From a bacterium (GTDB lineage: Bacteria > Hinthialibacterota > Hinthialibacteria > Hinthialibacterales > Hinthialibacteraceae): a stretch of DNA of 64,000 nt. The notes under the pieces are model-generated. The model saw only the letters and a program-made list of their open reading frames with translations. It ran no database searches and was not told where the DNA came from. Location: the NCBI GenBank assembly GCA_041946805.1, contig JBHGBC010000005.1:36735-100734 (forward strand), given 5' to 3'. Shown here in pieces: positions 1-8,136 of this stretch (its first letter is position 1; each line of letters begins with the position of its first letter). A program made the translations under genes and the position numbers.

Positions 1-1212
1 CACCACAAACGCCAGGACCGCGAAGCAGACCATCACCGGCTCGTAGAGCAACAGGCGCGGCAGGTAATAATCCGGAGGACCGGCGATACGCGGCTGCATC
101 CCCTGCTGCCCCATCCAGTACAGCAGGTAGTCAACCACCCCGGCCTTCATCCCCGCCGGATAGTGGCCCATGTTGGTGAACAGAAACGCAAACGTCGCGA
201 AGGCCAACAGCACCGCGCACAGCACGGGAAGATTGTTCTTCGCCAGGCGGGTGAACCACGAGCCCTCCGCCGCTGGCTCCCCGGCCGCCCGCCGGAGATA
301 CGCGTACAACAGAAACAACACCGCCACCCCGAGCACCGCCACGGCTACCCACAAGGGAATCAGGCGGGGATGCGCCTCGTTGAAACGGTTCCACGTCTCC
401 CGCAGGATGCCGATGGTCAGGTCGGGCGTTCCCCAGGCGGAACGCAGTTGCTGGGCGAAGTTCTTGAACTCCTCCCGCGTGGTTTCCCAATAGATCAGGG
501 AAAAGGCCGCGCCCGAGAAGAGGCCATACAAGGTCAGCACTTTCACGAACGGCGCGCGCTCGGCGAAGATTTCATACAACGCCTTCTTCCGGATATCGGC
601 CTGGTAACTGAAATAATAATAAATCCCGTATAAGGTGGCGAACGATCCGAGCATGAAGCCCGTCATGTACGAATTTTCCTTGGTGCAGTACAACAACGCC
701 AGGAAAAAGGTCATCAGGATGAGATGAACCCCGCGCCGGAACCGGAAATACTCGAGGGCGTACAGCACGATGCCCGCCGCCCAGGCCGCCATGTAGATGT
801 CGTTGCGGGCGAAGCGGGAAAAATAGATCAGCGTCGGCGAGGTGGCCGTCAGCAGCAGGCAGGCGAACGCCCCGCTGGTCCCGATCCACGGCCGCAGCCG
901 CCAGATCAGGTAGAACATGAAGATGCCTACGCAGACATACGGCAGCCGGCCCACATAGTCGTAATCGCCGAAGAGCAGAAAGAACAATCCCCCGAAGTGA
1001 AACAAAAACTGCCCGTGATATGTCGGATCGTAGGTGTGCTGGTAGTTCCCCTTGTAAAACTGATGGGCGTAGTAGGCGTGAATGGATTCGTCATGATGAT
1101 AGGCCATCCGGTCGAGATCATACAAACGGACGAACGCTCCGAACACCACGACGGTCAATATCGCCAGGCCCAGCCGGGTGACCGGAATGATTTCCTGGGT
1201 TGAGGAAGACAT
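1..1212 (-). CDS. Membrane GT-C-type glycosyltransferase-like protein (TIGR03663/Agl23-like), 3' end runs off the window
   Basis: Not in the ORF track. Manual translation from ATG at 1212 gives MSSSTQEIIPVTRLGLAILTVVVFGAFVRLYDLDRMAYHHDESIHAYY...YDPTYHG...IYFSRFARND...KENSY. The R-x-x-HHDE, YDPxYHG and SRFARND motifs plus many hydrophobic segments are typical of this family. Confidence 0.7.
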   Translation of the reverse strand, partial: MSSSTQEIIPVTRLGLAILTVVVFGAFVRLYDLDRMAYHHDESIHAYYAHQFYKGNYQHTYDPTYHGQFLFHFGGLFFLLFGDYDYVGRLPYVCVGIFMFYLIWRLRPWIGTSGAFACLLLTATSPTLIYFSRFARNDIYMAAWAAGIVLYALEYFRFRRGVHLILMTFFLALLYCTKENSYMTGFMLGSFATLYGIYYYFSYQADIRKKALYEIFAERAPFVKVLTLYGLFSGAAFSLIYWETTREEFKNFAQQLRSAWGTPDLTIGILRETWNRFNEAHPRLIPLWVAVAVLGVAVLFLLYAYLRRAAGEPAAEGSWFTRLAKNNLPVLCAVLLAFATFAFLFTNMGHYPAGMKAGVVDYLLYWMGQQGMQPRIAGPPDYYLPRLLLYEPVMVCFAVLAFVV

Positions 1213-1350
1213 GCGAATCGCGGCGGCTCCTTGCTCGATAAGGTAGGATGATTTTTGTGGCGTTCGTATTATTTGTCTAGGCCGAGGCGGATACGGCCCG
1301 GCGTAACACCCCCTCTCCCTCTGGACTGATCCATACTCACAAGTCTTACC

Positions 1351-1498
1351 AGGATGTCATCCCCGCGCCAGCGGGGATCCAGTCATGGTGGATGGGTTAG
1401 CGCGAAGCGCATAACCCATCCGATCCGGGTCATCCCGTCCATCCCGTCCATCCTGCCCATCCTGATTTTGAGAAACCTCCGCGTCCTCCGCGGTGAAT
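1351..1498. repeat. Composite intergenic repeat stack (several palindromic and tandem families)
   Basis: AGGATGTCATCCCCGCG-N3-GCGGGGATCCAG (1351-1382; inverted copy at 28952-28983), GGATGGGTTA...TAACCCATCC hairpin (1390-1421), tandem 9-mers such as ATCCCGTCC, then CTCCGCGTCCTCCGCGGTGAA. Confidence 0.8.
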
Positions 1499-1743
1499 CC
1501 CCCCGGCCGCGCTGGCCGTGGGGGATGGTGTCGTTTCTCGGGGCGGGATTCGAATGAGGACTCTCGTCTCACTTCTCCTTGGCTCCCCTTTTGATCCAAT
1601 CCCCCAGACACGGCGGCAGGCATCCGGTGGGCTTTTTGAATTGCGCGGCGGGATACAGGCCGCCAAAATGCCTTTGTCCCTCATCATGAACCCGGCTCCA
1701 GGGCGGGACGGATTCTATCCGTACTCCAGAGAAAGGACGCGGC

Positions 1744-2517
1744 ATGATGAATCACTCCCTAGCGATCATGGGATGGCTAAGTCTGTTGTTGATCGGCGTA
1801 TCGCCGGGCGCGCGGGCGAAGGAAGAAGGCCGTCAAGGGGAAATGGTGACGTTCGCCAGCGGTTCGGAAACCATCCAGGGCTACCTCGCCCGGCCCGCCG
1901 GGGACGGCCCCCATCCGGCCATTCTCCTCATCCACGAATGGTGGGGCCTGAACGACTGGATGAAAGGCAACGCGGACCGCTTCGCGCAACAAGGCTACAC
2001 CGCGCTGGCGGTCGACCTGTACCGGGGAGCAGTGGCCCAGGACCGCGACGTGGCTCACGAACTCTCGCGCGGATTGCCCGAAGACCGGGCCGCGCGCGAC
2101 CTGCAAGGCGCGTTCGCGTACCTGCAATCCCGTCCGGATGTCCGGAAAGACAAGATCGGGGTGTCCGGCTGGTGCATGGGCGGCGGATACGCACTCCAGG
2201 CGGCGTTGAAGATTTCGGGATTGAAGGCCTGCGTCATCTGCTACGGCCGGCTGGTGCTGGACGCGAACACCCTCAAACCCATCCCCTGCCCTCTCCTGGG
2301 CATTTTCGGGGGCCAGGACCGCGGCATCCCGCCGGAGATGGTGCATCAATTCGAAGCCGCGTGTAAAACCGCCGGGAAAGAGGTCACGGCCCATATCTAC
2401 GAGAAATCCGGCCATGCCTTCATGAATCCCAACAACGCTTCCGGTTATAATGCCGGTGACGCCCGGGACGCCTGGGCCCAAATCGACGCCTTTTTCGAAC
2501 AAACATTGAAAAAATAA
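1744..2517 (+). CDS. Dienelactone hydrolase family protein with signal peptide
   Basis: HEWWGLND motif, nucleophile elbow GWCMGG, C-terminal GHAFMN. Confidence 0.9.
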   Translation: MMNHSLAIMGWLSLLLIGVSPGARAKEEGRQGEMVTFASGSETIQGYLARPAGDGPHPAILLIHEWWGLNDWMKGNADRFAQQGYTALAVDLYRGAVAQDRDVAHELSRGLPEDRAARDLQGAFAYLQSRPDVRKDKIGVSGWCMGGGYALQAALKISGLKACVICYGRLVLDANTLKPIPCPLLGIFGGQDRGIPPEMVHQFEAACKTAGKEVTAHIYEKSGHAFMNPNNASGYNAGDARDAWAQIDAFFEQTLKK

Positions 2518-2672
2518 AACTCCGAAGGTGAGGGCCCTGTTGTGACGCGGGCCTCTTGCCTGCGCTTATTTCATTTCCCAAAACCGGGGAGGGCGAGGCT
2601 TCCGCCGGGCCGCTTTTTCCCGAAACGAGGATCGCCCTTATCCGGCCCACCCGGAGGTTCGCCCTCCCATTC

Positions 2673-2704
2673 CCCTCTCCCTCTGGGAGAGGGCCCAGTG
2701 AGGG
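2673..2704 (+). repeat. BoxC-like palindromic repeat CCCTCTCCC-N3-GGGAGAGGG-N-GTGAGGG
   Basis: Near-identical copies at 4936-4968, 7838-7870, 11774-11806 (inverted), 25476-25508, 27949-27981, 28858-28878, 29012-29044 and 55438-55507 (inverted pair). Confidence 0.85.
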
Positions 2705-2916
2705 CATTTTGTAGTCCAGACATCCGGGCCGCCACGCTCCTTTTCGTCCCTTTCGTCCGTAGAGTCCTTTCTCCCTGCCCTCCGTGATTCACTTCCCGCG
2801 GATCCCCCCTCTGCGCCTCCGCGCTGCTTGATCGAATCCCCGCCGGATGCTACCTTTTCCCCTTTGGAACCCGTTAAGGATCCAACCAAACCGAAATCGC
2901 TCTCGACAGGGGGACC

Positions 2917-3333
2917 ATGGAAGAGACGCTGCTGCTGATCAAACCCGATGGAGTGCAACGCAAACTGGTGGGAGAGATCATCACCCGGCTGGAAAAGCGG
3001 GGCTGGGACTTGGCCGGGATGAAACTGATGCGCATGTCCCGCGAGCTGGCCTGCCGGCATTACGCCGAGCACCAAGGCAAGCCCTTCTTCGAGGAGTTGA
3101 TCAACTACATCACCGAGGGGCCGCTGGTGGCCATGGTCTGGCGGGGAGAATCCATCGTCTCCGCCCTGCGGCTGATGATGGGAAAGACCAATCCCGCGCA
3201 GGCGGATCCCGGGACCATCCGGGGCGATCTGGCGAACAATTTCACGCGCAACATCGTGCACGGCAGCGATTCGCCGGAAAGCGCGAAGCGCGAGGTGGCG
3301 CTCTTCTTCAAGCGGGAGGAACTTTGCGGATGA
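2917..3333 (+). CDS. ndk: Nucleoside diphosphate kinase
   Basis: [15 protein letters not shown] and active-site NIVHGSDS motifs. Confidence 0.97.
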   Translation: MEETLLLIKPDGVQRKLVGEIITRLEKRGWDLAGMKLMRMSRELACRHYAEHQGKPFFEELINYITEGPLVAMVWRGESIVSALRLMMGKTNPAQADPGTIRGDLANNFTRNIVHGSDSPESAKREVALFFKREELCG

Positions 3334-3399
3334 CCGGCGGCCGCGTTCCGGCGCCGGGGCGGGATACGGAAAAGGATGTCCGAAAATGCCGCGTACGAG

Positions 3400-3428
3400 T
3401 TACCTCCGCGATTAGTTTGTGCTATACT
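3400..3428 (+). promoter_or_regulatory. Putative sigma70 promoter of tRNA-Met
   Basis: TTACCT-17 nt-TATACT with an extended -10 TG, ~33 nt upstream of the tRNA. Confidence 0.55.
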
Positions 3429-3461
3429 ACTGACACAATTCCTTCGCAAAAGATTTCCTTT

Positions 3462-3538
3462 GGCGGCGTAGCTCAGCTGGTTAGAGCACACGGCTCATAT
3501 CCGTGGCGTCCGGGGTTCAAGTCCCTGCGCCGCTACCA
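3462..3538 (+). tRNA. tRNA-Met (CAT), probably elongator
   Basis: 77 nt: GGCGGCG/CGCCGCT acceptor stem, TAGCTCAGCTGGTTAGAGC D-arm, CACGG-CTCATAT-CCGTG anticodon arm, GGTTCAAGTCC T-arm, encoded CCA. Lacks initiator features. Confidence 0.93.
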
Positions 3539-3599
3539 ACGCCCATCCTCCGGTAACTCAATGATTCCTAATGAGTTGCCGGTTTTTTGTAGGTGAAGC

Positions 3600-4883
3600 A
3601 TGTCCAAATCGTCCGATTTGTTCGCCACGGCCACGGCGATCATCCCGGGCGGGGTCAACAGCCCCGTGCGGGCCTGGAACGCGGTGGGGGGCACGCCCTT
3701 TTTCGCGGCCCGCGGCAAAGGCTGCATCCTCACCGATGAGGACGAAAACGCCTATATTGATTACGTTTGCGCCTGGGGCCCGCTGATTCTGGGCCACGCG
3801 CATCCGGAAGTGGTCTCCGCCATCGAAAGCGCCGTCCGCGAGGGCACGGCCTTCGGCGTGCCCACCCGGCGCGAAGTGACCATCGCCCGGATGATCGTCG
3901 ACGCCGTTCCCTCGATCGAAAAAGTCCGGCTGGTCAATTCGGGGACGGAAGCCACCCTCAGCGCCGTCCGCCTGGCCCGCGCCTTCACCCGCCGCAGCAA
4001 GATCATCAAGACCATCGGCGGCTACCACGGCCATCACGACGCCCTGCTGGCCCAGGCCGGCTCGGGCGTGGCCACCCTGGCCATCCCCAGCACCCCCGGC
4101 GTCCCCAAATCCGTCGTCGAAGACACCATCCTGGTCCCCTACAACGGACTCGACGCCACCCGCGAGGCCTTCCGCAAGCACTCCAAGGAAATCGCGGCGC
4201 TCATCGTGGAACCGGTGGCGGGCAACATGGGCGTGGTCCCTCCCCAGCCCGGCTATCTCGAAACCCTCCGCGTCCTCACCGCCGAGCACGAATCGGTGCT
4301 GATCTTCGACGAGGTGATGACCGGCTTCCGGGTGGCCTACGGCGGGGCGCAGGAACGCTACGGCGTGTTGCCCGACCTCACCACCCTGGGCAAGATCATG
4401 GGCGGCGGCATGCCCATCGCCGCGTACGGCGGGTCAGACATCATCATGAAACATGTCGCGCCCGAGGGCGAGGTCTACCAGGCCGGCACGCTGTCGGGGA
4501 ATCCGGTGGCCACCGCCGGCGGCATCGCGACCCTGCAACTCATCAAATCCCCTGGATTTTACGAGAACTTGGAGCAGAAAGCCGACATGCTGGTCCAGGG
4601 CCTGCGCGAGGCGGCCCAGGCGGCCGGCGTCCCGGTGCAAATCAACGCCGTGGGTTCGATGATGACCGTCTTCTTCACCGACCGGCCGGTCACCGACTTC
4701 GCCTCCGCCTGCCAATCGGACACGCGGCGCTACGCCGCCTTCTGGCGCTCCATGCTGGAAGCCGGAATCTACCTGCCGCCCTCCCAATTCGAGGCGTTTT
4801 TCCTCTCCAACGCCCACTCCAACCGCGAAATCGAACGCACCATTCACGCCGCCGAAACCGCCTTCAAGGCCGTGGCGGGATGA
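3600..4883 (+). CDS. hemL: Glutamate-1-semialdehyde 2,1-aminomutase
   Basis: PGGVNSPVRA, NSGTEAT, FDEVMTGFR, PLP lysine in LGKIMGGG, QAGTLSGNP, PSQFEA. Confidence 0.97.
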   Translation: MSKSSDLFATATAIIPGGVNSPVRAWNAVGGTPFFAARGKGCILTDEDENAYIDYVCAWGPLILGHAHPEVVSAIESAVREGTAFGVPTRREVTIARMIVDAVPSIEKVRLVNSGTEATLSAVRLARAFTRRSKIIKTIGGYHGHHDALLAQAGSGVATLAIPSTPGVPKSVVEDTILVPYNGLDATREAFRKHSKEIAALIVEPVAGNMGVVPPQPGYLETLRVLTAEHESVLIFDEVMTGFRVAYGGAQERYGVLPDLTTLGKIMGGGMPIAAYGGSDIIMKHVAPEGEVYQAGTLSGNPVATAGGIATLQLIKSPGFYENLEQKADMLVQGLREAAQAAGVPVQINAVGSMMTVFFTDRPVTDFASACQSDTRRYAAFWRSMLEAGIYLPPSQFEAFFLSNAHSNREIERTIHAAETAFKAVAG

Positions 4884-4935
4884 TTCAATCCGTTAACCAC
4901 CGCTATCCTCAGTCTTCCCCCATCCCTCGGACCTT

Positions 4936-5188
4936 CCTCCCCCCCCTGGGAGAGGGATAGGGTGAGGGAATCCCTTTCTCACACCCACTTCCGTAGGGGC
5001 GCGTCCCCGCCCCCGCCATCTAGGTACCCGCTTTCCTCACCCGCTCCACCTCCCCAATCACCGGAATCCTTTATTCGCGTCATCCGTCTTTCAATCCACC
5101 CTCCAACTCCCCATCCTGCTCATCCTGTTCATCTTGACCATCCTGATTCAGACAACTCTCCGCGCCCTTCACGTCTCGGCGGTGAATT
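4936..5188. repeat. Composite intergenic repeat stack
   Basis: BoxC-like copy (4936-4968), GTAGGGGC REP-like hairpin (~4993), CATCCTG-type 9-mer tandems (5112-5153), CTCCGCG...CGGCGGTGAA unit. Confidence 0.75.
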
Positions 5189-5267
5189 TTACGGCCTCTC
5201 TCCCCTCTAATCGCAAAAAGTGTGGAGTACCGTTCCTTCGCCCTGGTTGTTCTTCGTAAATTTTTGG

Positions 5268-5296
5268 TTGACAAGAGAAAAGTATCCAACTATTGT
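5268..5296 (+). promoter_or_regulatory. Near-consensus sigma70 promoter
   Basis: TTGACA (5268-5273), exactly 17 nt, TATTGT (5291-5296). Confidence 0.7.
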
Positions 5297-5461
5297 CCTA
5301 ATTAAAGCAAACAATTGCTCCTCCAGTAGGAGCAGTAGGAACGAGTACCCGGTCCGGGAGAAAGGAGTTCTCTATCGAGTGATTCTACGAAAAAAGCAGG
5401 GCCATTGGAACGATGTTCACACCAATCCTCTTCGGAGGAAAAAATTTGCAGGAGGAAGACG

Positions 5462-6445
5462 ATGAAGCGATCCGATTACACCCTGATGAGCCTGGTAGTG
5501 ATGGTTGCCGTCCTGGCCATGACGTTTCCCGTTCACGCCGAAGAACCGTCGATCGCCGCCATGCGGGAACACAGCCAAAAGATCATGCCGTTTTCGTGCA
5601 CAATCGAAGTCCATCCCCTAATCCACCCCATGTTTTCCGACGCCGAGGAAGCCACGCAATACGAAATGCAACGGCTGGCCGCCCGGCAGCAGGAAATTGG
5701 CCGCTCGATGGATCTGGCAACGTATGAGAAAGTTCTGCAAAACAATGTCAAATATTATTTGGAAGGGAATATGTCCGACTATGTGACATTGCGTTATTAT
5801 AAATGCCTTGACATGGATACCTTCATGCTGACGGTTTACGATACCGTTCTGCAAAAAACCATGCAAATCCAGCTGTTCGATGATTCCTTCTCTGCGGATT
5901 ATTTTCCCAATGAGCATACATTGACGATCATGCCAAACAGCAGAAAGCGGGATATCATTCCGTTTCTGACTCACGAAGTGGTTTATCAATTGGATGAAAG
6001 CACGGTGAGCGTGGAATCACGGGAGAATCAATACATTCTCGAGGCGGCGCGGGTTCCTGATGATTTTTACACCTTCGTTTTTACACCATCCCGGCCCTTC
6101 ATTCCAGAAAAAATATCCGAATATACACCCACCTGGCGCACGGAATATGAATACTTGGATTTTCAAACATACAACGGATTCACGGTTCCCCATACCATTC
6201 TTGCCAAGCAATATAATCAACATCCCGTTACCAATACAGATTGGTTGAAGTATGAATCTATTTACCAAGTGACCAATTTTAAAGTGGAAGACAGCCTGAG
6301 TGAAAAAGATCTAGATATCGTAATCCCCACAGGGACGCAAATCTTCAATGGCTTCACGAACACAAGCTACACCGGTCCGGAAGGCATGGAAGGTCAATCC
6401 ACAACCGTTCGCGCTATTGCGGAAGATATGATGAAGCAACAATAA
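5462..6445 (+). CDS. Exported hypothetical protein, possibly LolA/lipoprotein-sorting-like beta fold
   Basis: GGAGG RBS before ATG 5462; signal peptide ending VHA|EE; AT-richer codons; YEYLDFQTYNGFTVP and IPTGTQI segments resemble LolA-like carrier C-termini (inference). Confidence 0.7.
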   Translation: MKRSDYTLMSLVVMVAVLAMTFPVHAEEPSIAAMREHSQKIMPFSCTIEVHPLIHPMFSDAEEATQYEMQRLAARQQEIGRSMDLATYEKVLQNNVKYYLEGNMSDYVTLRYYKCLDMDTFMLTVYDTVLQKTMQIQLFDDSFSADYFPNEHTLTIMPNSRKRDIIPFLTHEVVYQLDESTVSVESRENQYILEAARVPDDFYTFVFTPSRPFIPEKISEYTPTWRTEYEYLDFQTYNGFTVPHTILAKQYNQHPVTNTDWLKYESIYQVTNFKVEDSLSEKDLDIVIPTGTQIFNGFTNTSYTGPEGMEGQSTTVRAIAEDMMKQQ

Positions 6446-6503
6446 AAATGCAGCACAATCGGATAGAAAACTGTAAACAGACTCACATGCGGAGGAAAAA
6501 ATC

Positions 6504-6902
6504 ATGAAAAAATTACTTCTTGTAACAGCTTTGTTCAGCCTCATGCTTGCTGGAATTACCTTCACGTCATACATGGTACAAAGTGATCCCACATGCCATG
6601 CCCTCACGAAATTATGGGTGTCGGGTCAATGTACTGGTTCCTGTCCAGGATGGGTTGATAGTGGCCTATTTTGTTGTTGCGTTTTGGCCAACCCTTTGCA
6701 GAGTGGAAGATATATTTGCAATGAGATTGATAATTATAATTATCCGTATGCAGTTTTCACAAATCCAAACTGCGGGAGACTTCCTTGCTCATACATGGGG
6801 GGGTCTTTGACATACTGCACCGGTGGGACTTATTGGAAGCCTTCTGGATTTACCGAATGGGTACCTGCTGATACCTTGGGGGGCTTGGATTGCTTTGGGT
6901 AA
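6504..6902 (+). CDS. Small secreted cysteine-rich protein (11 Cys, CCC triplet)
   Basis: GGAGG RBS; MKK plus hydrophobic signal peptide; Cys/Gly/aromatic-rich mature part. Confidence 0.75.
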   Translation: MKKLLLVTALFSLMLAGITFTSYMVQSDPTCHALTKLWVSGQCTGSCPGWVDSGLFCCCVLANPLQSGRYICNEIDNYNYPYAVFTNPNCGRLPCSYMGGSLTYCTGGTYWKPSGFTEWVPADTLGGLDCFG

Positions 6903-6951
6903 TGCATGATGGTTAACAATCTTTAATTATTTTCTTGGTCAAGAGAGTGTC

Positions 6952-6984
6952 ATGGCCCGAGACGCCCAATCCCGGGCCATTTTC
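6952..6984 (+). terminator. Putative intrinsic terminator
   Basis: ATGGCCCG (6952-6959)/CGGGCCAT (6973-6980) stem followed by a T-rich tract, 50 nt after the Cys-rich gene. Confidence 0.55.
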
Positions 6985-7097
6985 TACATTTTTAATTATT
7001 TTATTCAATTACATTACATTCCTTATTTCTTATATTACTTTCTTCTAATAATTTAATAACCTGCACATGAAATAAAATACAGCAGGAAGGTGTAGCC

Positions 7098-7766
7098 ATG
7101 AAAACCATTCTCATCGTGGATGGGGACCGCGTCCGATTTCAAACCCTCTCCGCCCGGCTCGAAAACGACTTGAAGGCGCTGCACGCCCCGGATGGGAAAA
7201 CCGCCCTGGAGATATTACAAAATCACGATATTCATCTCAGCCTCATCACCCACCCCTTGCCGAATGGAGACTGCCTGAATTTGGTCAAAACGCTTCATGC
7301 AACCTACGCGCATATCCCCGTGATCCTGCTTATCTCCGGGCCGGACGCGGATCCGGAATGGATCGAGAAAGCCTATTCGTTCGACTATTTCGTCTATTAC
7401 GTCCTGAAAGCGCCTTTCGATGAGGAGGAGCTGGCGCGGTGCGTAAACGAGTGCCTCAAACGCGGGGGAATCGCATGGGCCAAAACCATCTTGGCTCATT
7501 ACCGCAAAAAGCATCCCGGCCGGTCGCTCCAGCAAGAAAAGCGGGAAAAGCGCGAGAAGCGGTTGGCGGAAATCCGAAGTCTGATCGAAGCATCCCCCCA
7601 CGCCTGGACATACGGTAAATTGGCTGTCCAATTCGGCCTGTCCCGGCGGCAGATCCAATACGATCTCCAAACTCTCCGGCAACGCGGCGTGGCCATTCAA
7701 TCCTCCAAAACCGGCCCAAGAGGATTGGTTATTTTGCCAGATTCACCCTTCCCGGATGAAACGTAA
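7098..7766 (+). CDS. Atypical receiver domain fused to a DeoR/YafY-type winged HTH
   Basis: MKTILIVDGD...ALEIL...IPVILLIS...LKAPF receiver scaffold; C-terminal TYGKLAVQFGLSRRQIQYDLQTL HTH. Confidence 0.75.
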   Translation: MKTILIVDGDRVRFQTLSARLENDLKALHAPDGKTALEILQNHDIHLSLITHPLPNGDCLNLVKTLHATYAHIPVILLISGPDADPEWIEKAYSFDYFVYYVLKAPFDEEELARCVNECLKRGGIAWAKTILAHYRKKHPGRSLQQEKREKREKRLAEIRSLIEASPHAWTYGKLAVQFGLSRRQIQYDLQTLRQRGVAIQSSKTGPRGLVILPDSPFPDET

Positions 7767-7780
7767 TCTAGCGAAGTCAT

Positions 7781-8117
7781 GGGATGGATTAGCGCGAAGG
7801 GCACAAACCATCAAACACGCACCCTCCCTTTTCTTCTCCCTCTCCCTCTGGGAGAGGGCCGGGGTGAGGGAAAGCATATCGCCTCGCACCCTCCTCCCGG
7901 ATTACATCCCATTCCCCTGCTGACACGCCTTTAAACTAGCCCAGGGTTTCAACCCTGGGGAAATCAACCCTGGAATAACACCTTATCTTCTTTTCTTTCT
8001 CCGCCTTATCCGTGACCCATCCGCGCCCCTCCGTGATTCAATCCGGTTAACTACGGCCTATCACGGTCATCCGAATTCATACAAAACTCCGCGTTCTCCG
8101 CGCCTCGGCGGTGAAAT
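7781..8117. repeat. Composite intergenic repeat stack between convergent genes
   Basis: REP-like GGATGGATTAGCGCGAAG, BoxC-like 7838-7870, AGCCCAGGGTTTCAACCCTGGG (~7938-7960), CTCCGCGTTCTCCGCGCCTCGGCGGTGAA. Confidence 0.75.
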
Positions 8118-8136
8118 TCATACATCCCCCCTTCTC

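Noticed and set aside
1423..1471. CRISPR array or coding tandem repeat
   Set aside because: Units are 9-nt tandem motifs without unique spacers; I saw no regularly spaced 23-47-nt repeats or cas genes in the window.
3462..3538. Initiator tRNA-fMet or tRNA-Ile2 identity
   Set aside because: No C1:A72 mismatch and no three consecutive G-C pairs in the anticodon stem; the GGCGGCG acceptor fits elongator Met better. Ile2 is not fully excluded without tRNAscan-SE.
3767..4960. 397-aa Arg/Pro-rich ORF overlapping hemL
   Set aside because: Off-frame shadow with low-complexity composition; similar cases at 15617-16948, 26547-28037 and 51722-53032.
3462..7800. Integrative element at tRNA-Met
   Set aside because: hemL follows the tRNA directly; I saw no integrase and no duplicated tRNA 3' end.
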